The notes under the pieces: model-generated
The model's database searches: none
Told to the model about the DNA's origin: nothing
The model's input: the letters and a program-made list of their open reading frames with translations, nothing else
In this document: positions 1-11,499 of the stretch, piece after piece
Position numbering within the stretch: the first letter of the stretch is position 1
How the letters are laid out: each line of letters starts with the position of its first letter
From: Octopus vulgaris
Lineage: Eukaryota
Assembly: GCA_951406725.2 (NCBI GenBank)
Contig: OX597830.1
Coordinates: forward strand, 5,890,001 to 5,954,000
Reading direction: 5' to 3'
Length of the DNA: 64,000 nt
Made by a program: the position numbers and the translations under genes

Positions 1-521
1 TTTTTTTTTGCGCCGTATATTTGGAACCTAAAAGAGAAATATATAAAGAAAATAAATTTGGGAATAATAGTGACATATCTATATAACTGGATCTGCAAAA
101 ATAAAAATAAAAACTATTAGGAATCGAAGTAAATTTATAATATCAGCATAGAACAAATATGCTTTTCAATAATTAATCTGTATGTAGACAACATATCTGA
201 TTCATAAGTGGGATAAATAGCCTAAACTAAAGCAGTGTTGCCAGGAAGGAAAAAAAGCAGCAACAACAACAACAAAAATGCAAGTATGGAGTTTGTGCAA
301 AGCCAATAGAAATCGAACAGTGAAATAATAGTTGAACCATGATCCACAAATTAGATTAATAAGAACATAATTGCATAAAGGAATGTGACAATTTGAAAAT
401 CTGAATTAATTGCCTGAAACGCCACAGGGTGTAAAACACGGGTTGCGGGAATCTGCACAGCTTACCGATATGTACACCATGTATTGATTACTATCTTTCT
501 ACTTTACACAAAATATAAACA

Positions 522-533
522 ATATATATATAC

Positions 534-591
<58 letters not shown>

Positions 592-658
592 ATGTGTGTA
601 TGTATATATTTATGTACGTATGTATGTATATGTATATGTATATGTATATATATGTATG

Positions 659-729
<71 letters not shown>
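522..729. repeat. compound (TA)n/(TG)n microsatellite
   Basis: direct inspection; explains the YI/CV-repeat ORFs. Confidence 0.97.
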
Positions 730-733
<4 letters not shown>

Positions 734-825
734 GGTCCTGGTAGGTAGAAACATAGGGCATTTGTAATGCAGCACTCAACCCACGCTTTAGGCTTTCTAT
801 ATTGTCGGATTATATAAATTTTCTC

Positions 826-869
826 TTGGATGTTGAAATTAAAGTTTTTACAGAAACAATTGTAACCAA
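826..869 (+). ncRNA. degenerate type I hammerhead ribozyme remnant
   Basis: TTGG-ATGTTGA...GAAAC-AATT-GTA-ACCAA: 3' half canonical with palindromic stem III (ACAATTGT); 5' core mutated and stem II weak. Confidence 0.35.
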
Positions 870-987
870 TGATTAAAGATGTATTAAAGTCTTACTTTGT
901 CTTCTTGTTGGCATTATACACACACACACACATATATCGTTGATAACTTTGATAAATGTCGGCCAGTAATAACAGCACCTGGTAAAG

Positions 988-988
<1 letters not shown>

Positions 989-1023
<35 letters not shown>

Positions 1024-1064
1024 TGTATGTATGTATGTATGTATGTATGTATGTATGTATGTGT

Positions 1065-1123
<59 letters not shown>

Positions 1124-1144
1124 AATATATATATATATATATAA

Positions 1145-1180
<36 letters not shown>

Positions 1181-1218
1181 ATGTGTGTGTATATATATAT
1201 ATATAGAGAGAGAGAGAG
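989..1218. repeat. compound (TATG)n/(TA)n/(CA)n/(GA)n microsatellite
   Basis: direct inspection. Confidence 0.97.
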
Positions 1219-1524
1219 ATTCAGATGGAAATAAGGATAGGTTTATGGTTTTGAGATTGGTACTACCCCTTCCTCTATCTGTAAATAGAAAAATTCTTGT
1301 TTGTCTCCATTCCACCAAGAACAAAAAACCTCTTCCCCACTGATAGATCTAAATAACAAAGTGAACTTAGTGATAAAATCTACGGACGGAGAACGAACAT
1401 ACTACCATCGTGTTCTTAATGATGAAATTAACCTCTCTGTCTATATATCTACCCTCTTTGTAATATTGGGAAATGAAATAAGTATAAGAATGTGCATTGT
1501 CCGTTTAATTGTAAAATTCTATAT

Positions 1525-1610
1525 GTGGCTGAAGATTGCTCGACATTTTAAAATTGATATAATACTTACAGGGTTTAATAAAATAAAGTAGCATGAAACA
1601 ATTGTACTAC
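1525..1610 (+). ncRNA. type I hammerhead ribozyme motif with long stem-II loop (PLE/retrozyme type)
   Basis: stem I GTGG/CTAC; core CTGAAGA (1529-1535); stem II TGCT...AGCA; GAAAC-AATT-GTA (1595-1606); lies between GA/TA microsatellites. Confidence 0.6.
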
Positions 1611-1639
1611 TCTACCTTGGATATCCTTGATAATTACTT

Positions 1640-1697
<58 letters not shown>

Positions 1698-1759
1698 ACT
1701 AATAAGACTTCGTAACAGTTTGTCACGAGTTGGGTTTTTTTCTTCCAATAACAAATATC

Positions 1760-3082
1760 CAGATCGATCCTGAAATATGAAATTTGACAGACCTAAAACC
1801 ATTAGTTTATGATATCTTTCGTGTAGGTATCACTGCTATACTAAGTCAACTCGCAACACCAAAAATAAATAAATAAATGCAAGGAAGAAATAAATAAGAA
1901 AAAAATTCATACGTTTTGAATGAGACTGGATTAGTATATCTGGAGGTCATATAAATATTAATGAGATAACACTTGTTAATATGCATTCAGTAACTGCCGC
2001 TGGCCAAGTAATGACTTCTTCACACTGATGTACGTTGAAAATGCTTTTTTGCCTTCTTTTATTCTCGTTGAGCTGTTTTCGAAATGAAAGAACCGAATGG
2101 CCCAGACAATAATAGAACGTGCACCAAATCGATAAGTCGTTGGTTCATATCGTGTCACCGGTACAGTATTTGGTTTGGATCTAAAAATATGATTTTGAAA
2201 TTAGTTGTAGCAAGCCGTTTCTTTCTTGAGCGGAGAAGAAGTAGTTTTATCTTCAGTGTGGAATTCGAGCCGAGTTCAAATTCTGTATCGCTGTTGTTTA
2301 AATCGCAGTTTCTCTTCATTGAACAGATCTTTCAATAATTGCATTGCACCGTTGCTCTTCCTAACTTTTATTTGGCCAGAGGGCATCAATAAAGACATTA
2401 TCCATTGTCTTATCACACGTTCAAGATGTCGAGCGAGATTTGTGATTTAGTTGCTACATCGAGTAAGTCAATCGATGGCATGCAATTCGCCCACCCATTG
2501 TCTCGTGAACTTTTTTGTGATTATAATAGGAAGAATTATCAAGCAACTTGTAAGAAAGAGAGTGAGAAGGGAGAGAGAGATAGTGAGTGTAGATAAGAAA
2601 GAAAGAGAGAGAGAGAGAGAGAAAGAGAGAGAATGGAATCAAATGCTGTACCAGTCACACGATATGAACCAGCATGTCCTTGGCTTTTTCTCGGAGTCAT
2701 GTCGTTGTTTAATTACGAAATTAAATGAAACGGAATAAAATGAAGAAATAAAATAAAATAAAACTATTAAAATGTTTTCACTGCGCATGAGTGTGAAAGT
2801 GTTATCACACACCCGGCGGCATCCACTGACTACATATTAACAAGTGTTATATCATTAATATTTATGTGACCTCCAGATATACTAGTTTCACTCTAATTTA
2901 AAACGTATGCATTTATATATTTTTTTCTTATTTACTTATTTCGCTATATGGTCCTCATATTTATTTATTTATTTATCAACTTTCGGTTTAACTCCTTCAC
3001 TTAGCATAGCAGTCACACCTACACAAAATATGTCATAAAATATTGGTTTTTAATTCTATCAAGTTATTTTGAGATTCGTCTG
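1760..3082. mobile_element. foldback/MITE-like element with ~290-310 bp diverged terminal inverted repeats
   Basis: 1760-2045 is inverted relative to 2773-3082; core 1932-1983 vs 2833-2884 matches 50/52. Confidence 0.75.
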
Positions 3083-4409
3083 CGAAAACTGAAATAAGAC
3101 GAATGCGCAATAGAAGTATACTAACTAGTTGGCGTTCTTGTCGTCGTCGTTGTCCCTTGTTTTGTTGTTGTTGTTGTTGTTAGTTATCAAGAGAATCGTC
3201 TTTGAACAAAGCTCTGATGAAAGTTGTTCTAACCGTGACCGTCCCTCTAACTTTCAATATATCTAAGCACCACTTTGTTCAATGTGACCCGCCATATCAT
3301 AAATGGTGGTGTAAGATTTGAGGTTAATCTTGAGGTTAATTTGTGTTCACAGTCACACAAAGATCAGCCGTCGTCTCACACATTTCTGAATGGGAAACAA
3401 GCGAGTTATGATGTCATTTTCGGAAGAAGTATTTAAATTCAGGTTAGACACAACAATGGGTCACTGGTCCTACAACGAGAACGGTGCTTTTGCTGCACAT
3501 TATAAACCGCAGACACCGACGAACCACCAGATTCGACCGTATAGAATCAGTGACCAACAGTTTCTTGTAAGTAGAATGGTCTCTACCTTTTAGCAATGCC
3601 ATCCCTTATGTTGTGGCATCTGACTCGCCGAGCCGTTCCTCTTTCTCCATTGTCAGACCCGTAGTAACACCTGTCGCTTATCTTTCCTTCCCAGAATGTC
3701 ATCTATTTTAAGTACATCTCTTCCTGAACTAATACAAGCAAATCTTCAATCATATCGATCCTACAAATCAGAGAGGATCTATGAAGGGCTGATACTGTAA
3801 GAAAGGGGTTTGGGTCGGTGACATGAGGACCTTATGAGTTAACAAGGGACCTGTGACTATCGGCTGGTCTCCTCTCTAAAAATAAAAAATAAACCTAACA
3901 CCCTCAATCAATTTCAGTTTGAAGACAACCAACGCATTCTCCTGAACTTAGATCCTTAATAAAAAAAAGTCACAATTTAGCAAATTTCTCTATGAGAAAC
4001 TATAAATTCCAAATCCCTGCTCTTTCGTCTCAGGTTTCAAAAGAGAAACTCATTGCATAAACCATTTCTATTGTTATTTACATCCCACCTCGCGTGAATC
4101 GTTATCGAGCAAAAAAATATGATTAGAAGTATTTTAAATGTGACCGTCCATTGCTTTGTAAATAGTGTAATGAAAATTGTTTTATTTGTCAAGTCATTTG
4201 GGAGAATTAAGGGGGAGATCTAGTTGCTATTTCTAACTCTCTAGAGGCTACCTCATTACCTTTCCATCAGTCGTTTTTGATTGTGCGACTACATTAGAAG
4301 GTGTGTTCCACCTTAGGCTCATACCACGTCGCAAGTCCTGCTAAAAGTGGCAGCCACCTATTTATCGTATCATATTCTTCCTCTAAATAAAAACGGTCAA
4401 ATAACAAGT

Positions 4410-4628
4410 AACTAGTATATTCCTAGATGCATTGTGTCAGCAAATAGATACATAAATCCTTCCCGAATCATGGAGACTCATAGGATTACTCGTTTCACCA
4501 GCTGCTTGGACGGGAGTAACGTGAAGCAAAGTGCTTTGTTGAAAGACACAACTAGTCGCCCGTCCATGAATAGAAATCACAATCGTAGGATCATGAGTCC
4601 AACACACTTACCACTAAGCCACGAGCCT
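4410..4628 (-). mobile_element. tRNA-derived CORE-like SINE (family 4), diverged
   Basis: minus strand GGCTCGTGGCTTAGTGGTAAGTG tRNA-like head followed by TGTGTCTTTCAACAAAGCACTT core; homologues near 6010-6185, 29880-30100, 50770-50975. Confidence 0.7.
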
Positions 4629-4834
4629 TCGCTGTATCAGCAAAGAGGATAGAATGGTCTCGTCCACAGCAACTTTCTTTATAATTCCGCTTTATGTTAT
4701 TCCACCGGTAACATAGTATTAGTTGCTGGGCAACAACAACAACAACAACACTAGCAGCTTTAACTACAACTACAGCAAGATAAGTAACAAATATTATGGT
4801 TGTGAGTGGGTTATAGTTTAAGTATAACATATAT

Positions 4835-4886
<52 letters not shown>

Positions 4887-4890
<4 letters not shown>

Positions 4891-5303
4891 GCCGCACTTG
4901 CCCTTACCTCTCCAACACCACCCTCCTCACTGGCATCCATCATCGACCCTATCGCATCATCAACTCCTTCACCTGCACCTCCAGCAATATTATCTATTGC
5001 GTCTCTTGCTCTCTCTGCCATTCCCTGTACATCGGACAAACGGGACGTCGCTTGGCTGACCGGTTCGCGGAACACCTCCGTGACATCCGCCTTGCGAACG
5101 ACACACCGGTCTCACGCCATTTCCGCTCCACCGGTCACTCCTTGCAACACCTGTCTGTGTTCGGTTTGTTCTTGCACAGAGGCCATCCGGATTCCGGTTT
5201 GCGCCGTGAACAGGAATTAATCTTCTCTCTTCGCTCTTATACGCCATTTGGTCACAACTCTCCCCCCTCCTCATCTAACCCCACTCTCTCCCTCCTCATC
5301 TAA
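4887..5303 (+). mobile_element. Penelope-like retroelement GIY-YIG endonuclease domain (5'-truncated, open frame of ~138 codons)
   Basis: CRTCPY...FTCTSSNIIYCVSCSLCHSLYIGQTGRRLADRFAEH...PVSRHF...REQELIFSLRSYTPFGHN: GIY-YIG motif with CxxC pairs typical of PLE endonuclease; begins directly after (TA)n. Confidence 0.92.
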
Positions 5304-6010
5304 CCTCCCCCGACCCCTACTTCTCTTCAGTCCTTCATCCTTTCAGCCCTACTCCTCTTCCCTTCTTCCCTCTTCCCCTTCCCTCTTTCTCTCTGCTCCC
5401 TCACTCCCCTTCTCTCTCTCTCCCCCTCTCCCTCTATCCTCCATCCTTCTCTCCCCTCCTCTTCTCCTCTCCACCTTTCTCCCCCTTCTCTCCCCTCCTC
5501 TTCTCCTCTCCTTCCTTCTCCCCCTTCACCCTCCTCTTCTCCCGTTCCTTCTCCCCTCTTCTCCCCTTTCTTTCTCCCCCCTTCCCTCCCCCTCTTCCTT
5601 CATCTCCTCTCTCTACACTACACCATACGACTTTACACATCACATCATATATACATACACACGTCCAGACCTCTCATACGCACTAATACTCTCTCATACA
5701 CACACACACACACACTCTTCTGATACACACACACACTCTTATGTTGGAGCGAGGTCATTTAACCTTATTATCTCCCCTAATTTCGCTCTTGCGTCTCACG
5801 TTTGATCTTTGACTTCTGGCCGAAATCAGATCGCCATGTTGATTCGCTAGCCTCTGCACGCATCTTTCTCTCTCCTTCTTTCTGTGTTTCTTCTCTGTGT
5901 ATCTTTCTGTTGAAGAGCGTAGGCTCGAAACGTTAAAGACTTGTTTTATTTATATTTCCTGAGCGCCATACTAATACAATTGTTCGTTTGTATTCCACCT
6001 GCCTTCGTCT
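5304..6010 (+). mobile_element. PLE 3' region/pLTR with C/T-rich low-complexity tract
   Basis: follows the GIY-YIG stop; contains HHR-like motif; tail TACTAATACA...CCACCTGCCTTCGTCT shared with 60330-60465 and 63051-63200. Confidence 0.7.
5902..5939 (+). ncRNA. minimal type I hammerhead-like motif, variant core CUGUUGAA
   Basis: TCTTT-CTGTTGAA-GAGC(GTAG)GCTC-GAAA-CG-TT-AAAGA: 5-bp stem I, 4-bp stem II, palindromic AACGTT stem III. Confidence 0.72.
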
Positions 6011-6353
6011 CGAATGAGACGCCGGTCAGTCGCAGGGGCTCATTTCTTAGCTATGGCTCATTTGCGGTAAAGCGAAACGAAGGATTTTTGCTCAAGATCC
6101 ACAAAACACACCGACCCCATCTGTGAATCAAAACCACGAACTTACAATCGTAACTGCGACCACCTTAACAGAGGTCCACGAGTCGGGGCCCAGGCATTGC
6201 TTGTTTCTGAAATTACGCACGATAAATATGTACACACACACACACACACACACTCACAAACACACAAACACACAAATACATACAAATAGAACAAGTTATA
6301 TATATATATATATGTGTGTGTGTATAAATTTATAAGTGTGTGTGTATATATAT

Positions 6354-6507
6354 AGGTGCGGGAGTGGCTGTGTAGTAGGTACCTTGCTTACCAATCACTT
6401 GGTTCAGGGTTTAGTCCCACCGTGACAACTTGGGCAAGTGTCGTCAATTATAACACAGGACCGATCAAAGCCTTGTGAATCGATTTGGTAGACGGAAACT
6501 GAAAGAA

Positions 6508-6510
<3 letters not shown>
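6354..6510 (+). mobile_element. tRNA-derived CORE-like SINE (family 2), 5' part
   Basis: GGTGCGGGAGTGGCTGTGTAGTAGG head, GGTTTAGTCCC B-box-like motif, ACTTGGGCAAGTGTC CORE-like motif. Confidence 0.8.
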
Positions 6511-6558
<48 letters not shown>

Positions 6559-6859
6559 CACCTCCATACATATACATATACAATATGTATGGAGGTGTGT
6601 GTATATATGAACGTATATACACATACACATCTGCAAATGTGTTGCTCACATTAATGTAGTCAGGACAGAGTAACGTCCCTTGTACCCGTCGTACAAACAT
6701 GTTCGCTGTAAACAGTCTGACAGACTTACGAAGTCTAATATAGACTAATGTACATGAATTATCGATCGAACGTCCAATGTTTTGCTGAGATTCCTAATAT
6801 AGAATTAATATAGACATTACTATAGTTGGACTGATGAAACAAAGTACATATGACTGTGT

Positions 6860-6890
<31 letters not shown>

Positions 6891-7082
6891 TGCACACATA
6901 CACACATACACGCACACACACACGCATGCACGTATATATATATATAATGCATACATACACGTATCCATCTTTAAGCGTGTTTGTATTTCTACAAAGATGC
7001 ATGCATGCATACATACATACATGCATACATACATACATACATACATACATACATACATACATACATACATACATAGTAAAGA

Positions 7083-7635
7083 ACAGCAAGTCCGGGGTGG
7101 GGATAAGTCGATTGCATATTCCATCGATCCCTGAGGGATGAAAGGCAAATTCGACCTCCACGAACTTTGAACTCAAAACGTAAAAACGTATGAAATGGTG
7201 CTAAGCATTTTCTCCTGCTTACCAGCGTGTAAGTGCGTGCGTATACATACACTTGTAAATATATACATATATAATATATATACGTATGTATATTATATAC
7301 ATAATATATATATATGTATACTATGTATATGTGTGTGTGTGTGTATAAATGAATATAATCAAAATAAGCAAAAAGATATCAAGAAGTGATGCAGTACGAC
7401 CGTTTCAAGCAGCACCATATAATTGTACAATGCAACCATTTCATTAGTTTAAATGCAGTGCTATTATCTGTTGCACAAATAAATAGGATTTTAACAAGGA
7501 AGGCCCCAGTACCTTGACTGATACGTAATTTATCGACCCCAAAAGGATGAAAAGCAAAGACGACCTCGGCGGAATTTCAACTCAGAACGTTAAGAAAATG
7601 AAATATCACCAAGCATTTCGTCCGGCCTGCTAACC
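7083..7635 (-). mobile_element. two partial SINE family 1 copies (7083-7235, 7500-7635)
   Basis: GGATGAAA(G/A)GCAAA..CGACCTC..CG(G/A)A..TT(G/C)AACTCA core shared with full copies. Confidence 0.8.
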
Positions 7636-7654
7636 TTTAAAATAGAATTTTCAA

Positions 7655-7688
<34 letters not shown>

Positions 7689-7755
7689 TGAATAGTAATG
7701 TAGATGTTCATATGTACATATATACAAAAATACGTATATGTGTATATATATATAT

Positions 7756-8310
7756 ACACTGATATTGAAAAAGTGAAATCAAACAATGAAAAATCTCAGA
7801 GCACAGAAAGTGTGTCTATAGCCAGCTGGAGGAGGTGTCCTCTTGAGGCTACAAACTACAGTAGCATCCACCCTTAGGGGTTAGCCATATTCAAATGGCA
7901 AATATACGTCACGGTGTGTTTCTGTTACTGTTTATAACTCGCTCTGAGATTTATCATTGTTTGATTTCACTTTTTCAATATCAGTGTCAATCGATACTGG
8001 AAAAAGTATATGTATTTGTAAAGGGAACCGACTTCTCATCGACAACTATGATTGTCACACGCCAATGACGGGTCAATACTCTGAAACTCGAGTCCGTATG
8101 TATCATAAGTTGAAGACGGGAAGGTTGGCTTCCCTTCGCAAATACTGATAGGGCACAGAAAGTGTGTCTATAGCCAGTTGGAGGAGGTGTCCTCCTGGGG
8201 ATACAAACTACAGTAGCATCCACCCTTAGGGGTTAGCCATATTCAAATGGCAAATATACGTCACGATGTGTTGCTGCTACCGTTTATAACTCGCTCTGAG
8301 ATTTATCATT
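7756..8310 (+). mobile_element. retrozyme/PLE-pLTR-like element: 352-bp period direct repeat plus 47-bp inverted 5' segment, in (TA)n
   Basis: 7801-7958 repeated at 8153-8310; 7756-7802 is the reverse complement of 7941-7987 (1 mismatch); HHR motif at 8056-8100. Confidence 0.8.
8056..8100 (+). ncRNA. type I hammerhead ribozyme (core mutated to CCAATGA)
   Basis: CACACG-CCAATGA-CGGGT(CAAT)ACTCT-GAAAC-TCGA-GTC-CGTATG; palindromic stem III ACTCGAGT, GUC cleavage triplet. Confidence 0.68.
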
Positions 8311-8844
8311 ATATATATATATATATGTGCACATAAATAAATGTACACATGTTCATCTATCTATCTGTCTGTCTGCCTTTTTTGTGTGTCGCTACTCACT
8401 GGAAGGTTGATGGTTCGGGCCCTCTTAAGTAAGACGCCTTTCAGTATATGGTACGAAGCTTCCTAAACACAATTTTCCGGATTCAAATGTCTTCTGCTGT
8501 AGCCACGAGCCGACAAAAGACTTGTGAGTGGATTTAGTACGCAGAAACTGAAAGAAGCTGTGCGATAATGGTTTAGCTGGCCGAAGCATCAGAGTTACTA
8601 ATGACAACGTTCTTGTATAAAAATAATACTTTTGTGCTCTACTATAGTATAGATTAACCCATCAGGTTAACGTAAAATTGTTTTCATTGCTACAGAACAT
8701 GAGACAAATATTGATATGTGTGTGTGTGTGTGCGTGTGTGTGTCTTAGTGTCTGCATCTATCCCATACCACAATTTAAAAACCAGTGTTTGTATGTCTAC
8801 GACCTTGTGACTTAGCGGTTAGAATATGTACTAGGATTAAAAAA

Positions 8845-9250
8845 TGGCCCGAAAGTTTTGGGAAAAGGACCAGTCGATTAGATCGACTCCAGTATGCAAC
8901 TGGTTCTTAATTTAACGGCCCCCAAAAAAAGGATGACAGGCAAAGTCGGCCTCGGCGAAATTTGAACTCAGAACATAAAGACAGACGCTAATCATATCGC
9001 CCGACATGCTAACGTTTCTTGTTTCTTTATTGCCCGCAAGGGGCTAAACATAGAGGGGACAAACATGGACAGACAAACAGATTAAGTCGATTACATCGAC
9101 CCCAGTGCGTAACTGGTACTTAATTTATCGACCCCGAAAGGATGAAAAGCAAAAATCGACCTCGGCGGAATTTGAACTCAGAACGTAACGGTAGACGAAA
9201 TACTTCTAAGCATTTCGCTCAGCGTGCTAACGCTTCTGCCAGTTCGCTGA
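8845..9250 (-). mobile_element. head-to-tail dimer of tRNA-derived SINE family 1
   Basis: A-box TGGCAGAAGCG, B-box GAGTTCAAATTCC, core GGTCGA..TTTGC.TTTCATCCTTTCGGGGTCGATAAATTAAGTACCAG (resembles the Meta/Sauria SINE domain). Confidence 0.88.
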
Positions 9251-9841
9251 CTTGGAATGTACAATATACATATTATGAGCATTATTGTAGCATTTTACAT
9301 CATAAAATTTAGTACATAGGGCACTTGGCTACGCTATAACCTTTGATGTTGTTTACATTAAGTTTAGCACGGGATGAGAACGATAATCAGTGTCATGTAC
9401 AAATACAAACTGTTGCCAGTTCAAATATACTCGAGGCATTTGCAAACCGGTAAGAAAGCCATTCATTGTACTTCATCATGAAGAACATTTATCACTGCCG
9501 ACAGATATGTGTAAACACACCAAACTCACAGCACTCCTTAGCTGGATTGTTGAATGCATGCATTTCGGAGTTGTTATCTCATCATCTGCAACAGACACCG
9601 GAATGGTAAAGAAATTTGTATATAGCGTGTATCACAAAACTTTGCATATTGCGCAATTGTTTAGTTTAATTTATGATTTTGTAAACTGTGTAAATGTGTT
9701 TAGCATGTAGCTTACTGATAAAATGTATTATAAATTCGATACATGTGATTTCGGTCTCTCTGACATCTATAGTCCGGGAGGATTGGCACGTGATTAAGAA
9801 CAGTATATTTCATTGGAAAATCATGATATATTATATTTTGG

Positions 9842-10378
9842 GGTGAGAGAGCAGTGCATGCCATCAAAGTGACACTGGGGTAAGATATACGAAGCCCAGT
9901 ATACCCATCATGGCTACTCGATTGATAAGGGTACACCAGGCACATGCATCACAACCATATGTTCGCGACATAGTGATCTCATATCAAGGTAAGGTGGAGC
10001 CCAGTTACAGGTTTCTTCAGATGGAGCAAATCATCCCACTCAAAAGGTCCCTGAATAAGGGTTGTTCAAGGATGTTGAACAAAACACCCGTGTTTCCATA
10101 GATGAATTATCCAAGCGCCAAAGAATTCTTTTTAACACTTAGCTATGATACTCCTTCACTAATTCTGCTCGTGATCAGAGATGCACATATCGTCAGCCAC
10201 TAAGGGACATGCTCAACTGGTTAAGGTCAAACAACTGACAAGCAAATCTGTGATATTAAGCAGAATATTTGCTGTAGCCCGTCTTTTATACCAAGAAAAA
10301 CAATATACATGATAACTCTTTCAATCAGTTAAGATCAGAAACCATGAGAGCCACTGCCTGGTACTGCATCAGGGCATT
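9842..10378 (-). mobile_element. ~540-bp non-coding repeat associated with (TAA)n, copy 1
   Basis: colinear with 10566-11108 and partial 23838-24075; strand inferred from (TAA)n polarity. Confidence 0.82.
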
Positions 10379-10565
<187 letters not shown>

Positions 10566-11108
10566 GAGTGACAGAGCAGTTCATGCCATCAAAGTGACAC
10601 TGGGGTGAAATATACGAAGCCCAAAATACCCATCATGACTACCCGTCTGATAAGGGTGTACGAGGCACGTGCATCACAACCATATGTGCGCGACATGGTG
10701 ATCTCATATCAAGATAAACAGCGCATGACCTTGCAGGTGGGGCCCAGTTAGAATTTTCTTCAGGTTGAGTATCCCATCCTGCTCAAAAGGTCCCTGAATA
10801 AGGGTTGTTTAAGGATGTTGAAAGAACTACCCATGTTTCCAGAGGTGAATTATTCAAATCCCAAAGAATCCCTCTCAACACATGGCTATGATGCTCCCCA
10901 CTACTTCTACTCGTGATCCGAGATGCACATATCGTCAGCCAATAAGGGACATGCTCAACTGGTTAAGGTCAAACAACTGACAAGCAAATCTGTGGTATTG
11001 AGCAGAATATTTGCTGTAGCCCTTCTTTTATAACAAGACAAAACAATGTACATGATAACACTTCCAATCAGTTAAGATCAGAAGCCATGAGAGCCACTGC
11101 CTGGTACT
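10566..11108 (-). mobile_element. ~540-bp non-coding repeat associated with (TAA)n, copy 2
   Basis: colinear with copy 1, flanked on both sides by (TTA)n. Confidence 0.82.
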
Positions 11109-11340
11109 ATTATTATTATTATTATTATTATTATTTTTTTTTTTCTAACTCAGATTTTGTTGGAGCATCTGGAGTGTTGCATGTGTATGCAGCCCATGGT
11201 ATCATGCTGTCTGTTCTTTTCAGCTATCTAATACTTTCCTGGTTATTTTAGCCGTTCGAAGGAGGCAAACCTTTCGTAACAATCTTACTGGTCATTCTAT
11301 TCCAATTTCTTTTTATACTCCTTTTGTTCTCAAGGAGCCA

Positions 11341-11430
<90 letters not shown>

Positions 11431-11435
11431 ATTAC

Positions 11436-11496
<61 letters not shown>

Positions 11497-11499
11497 TTT

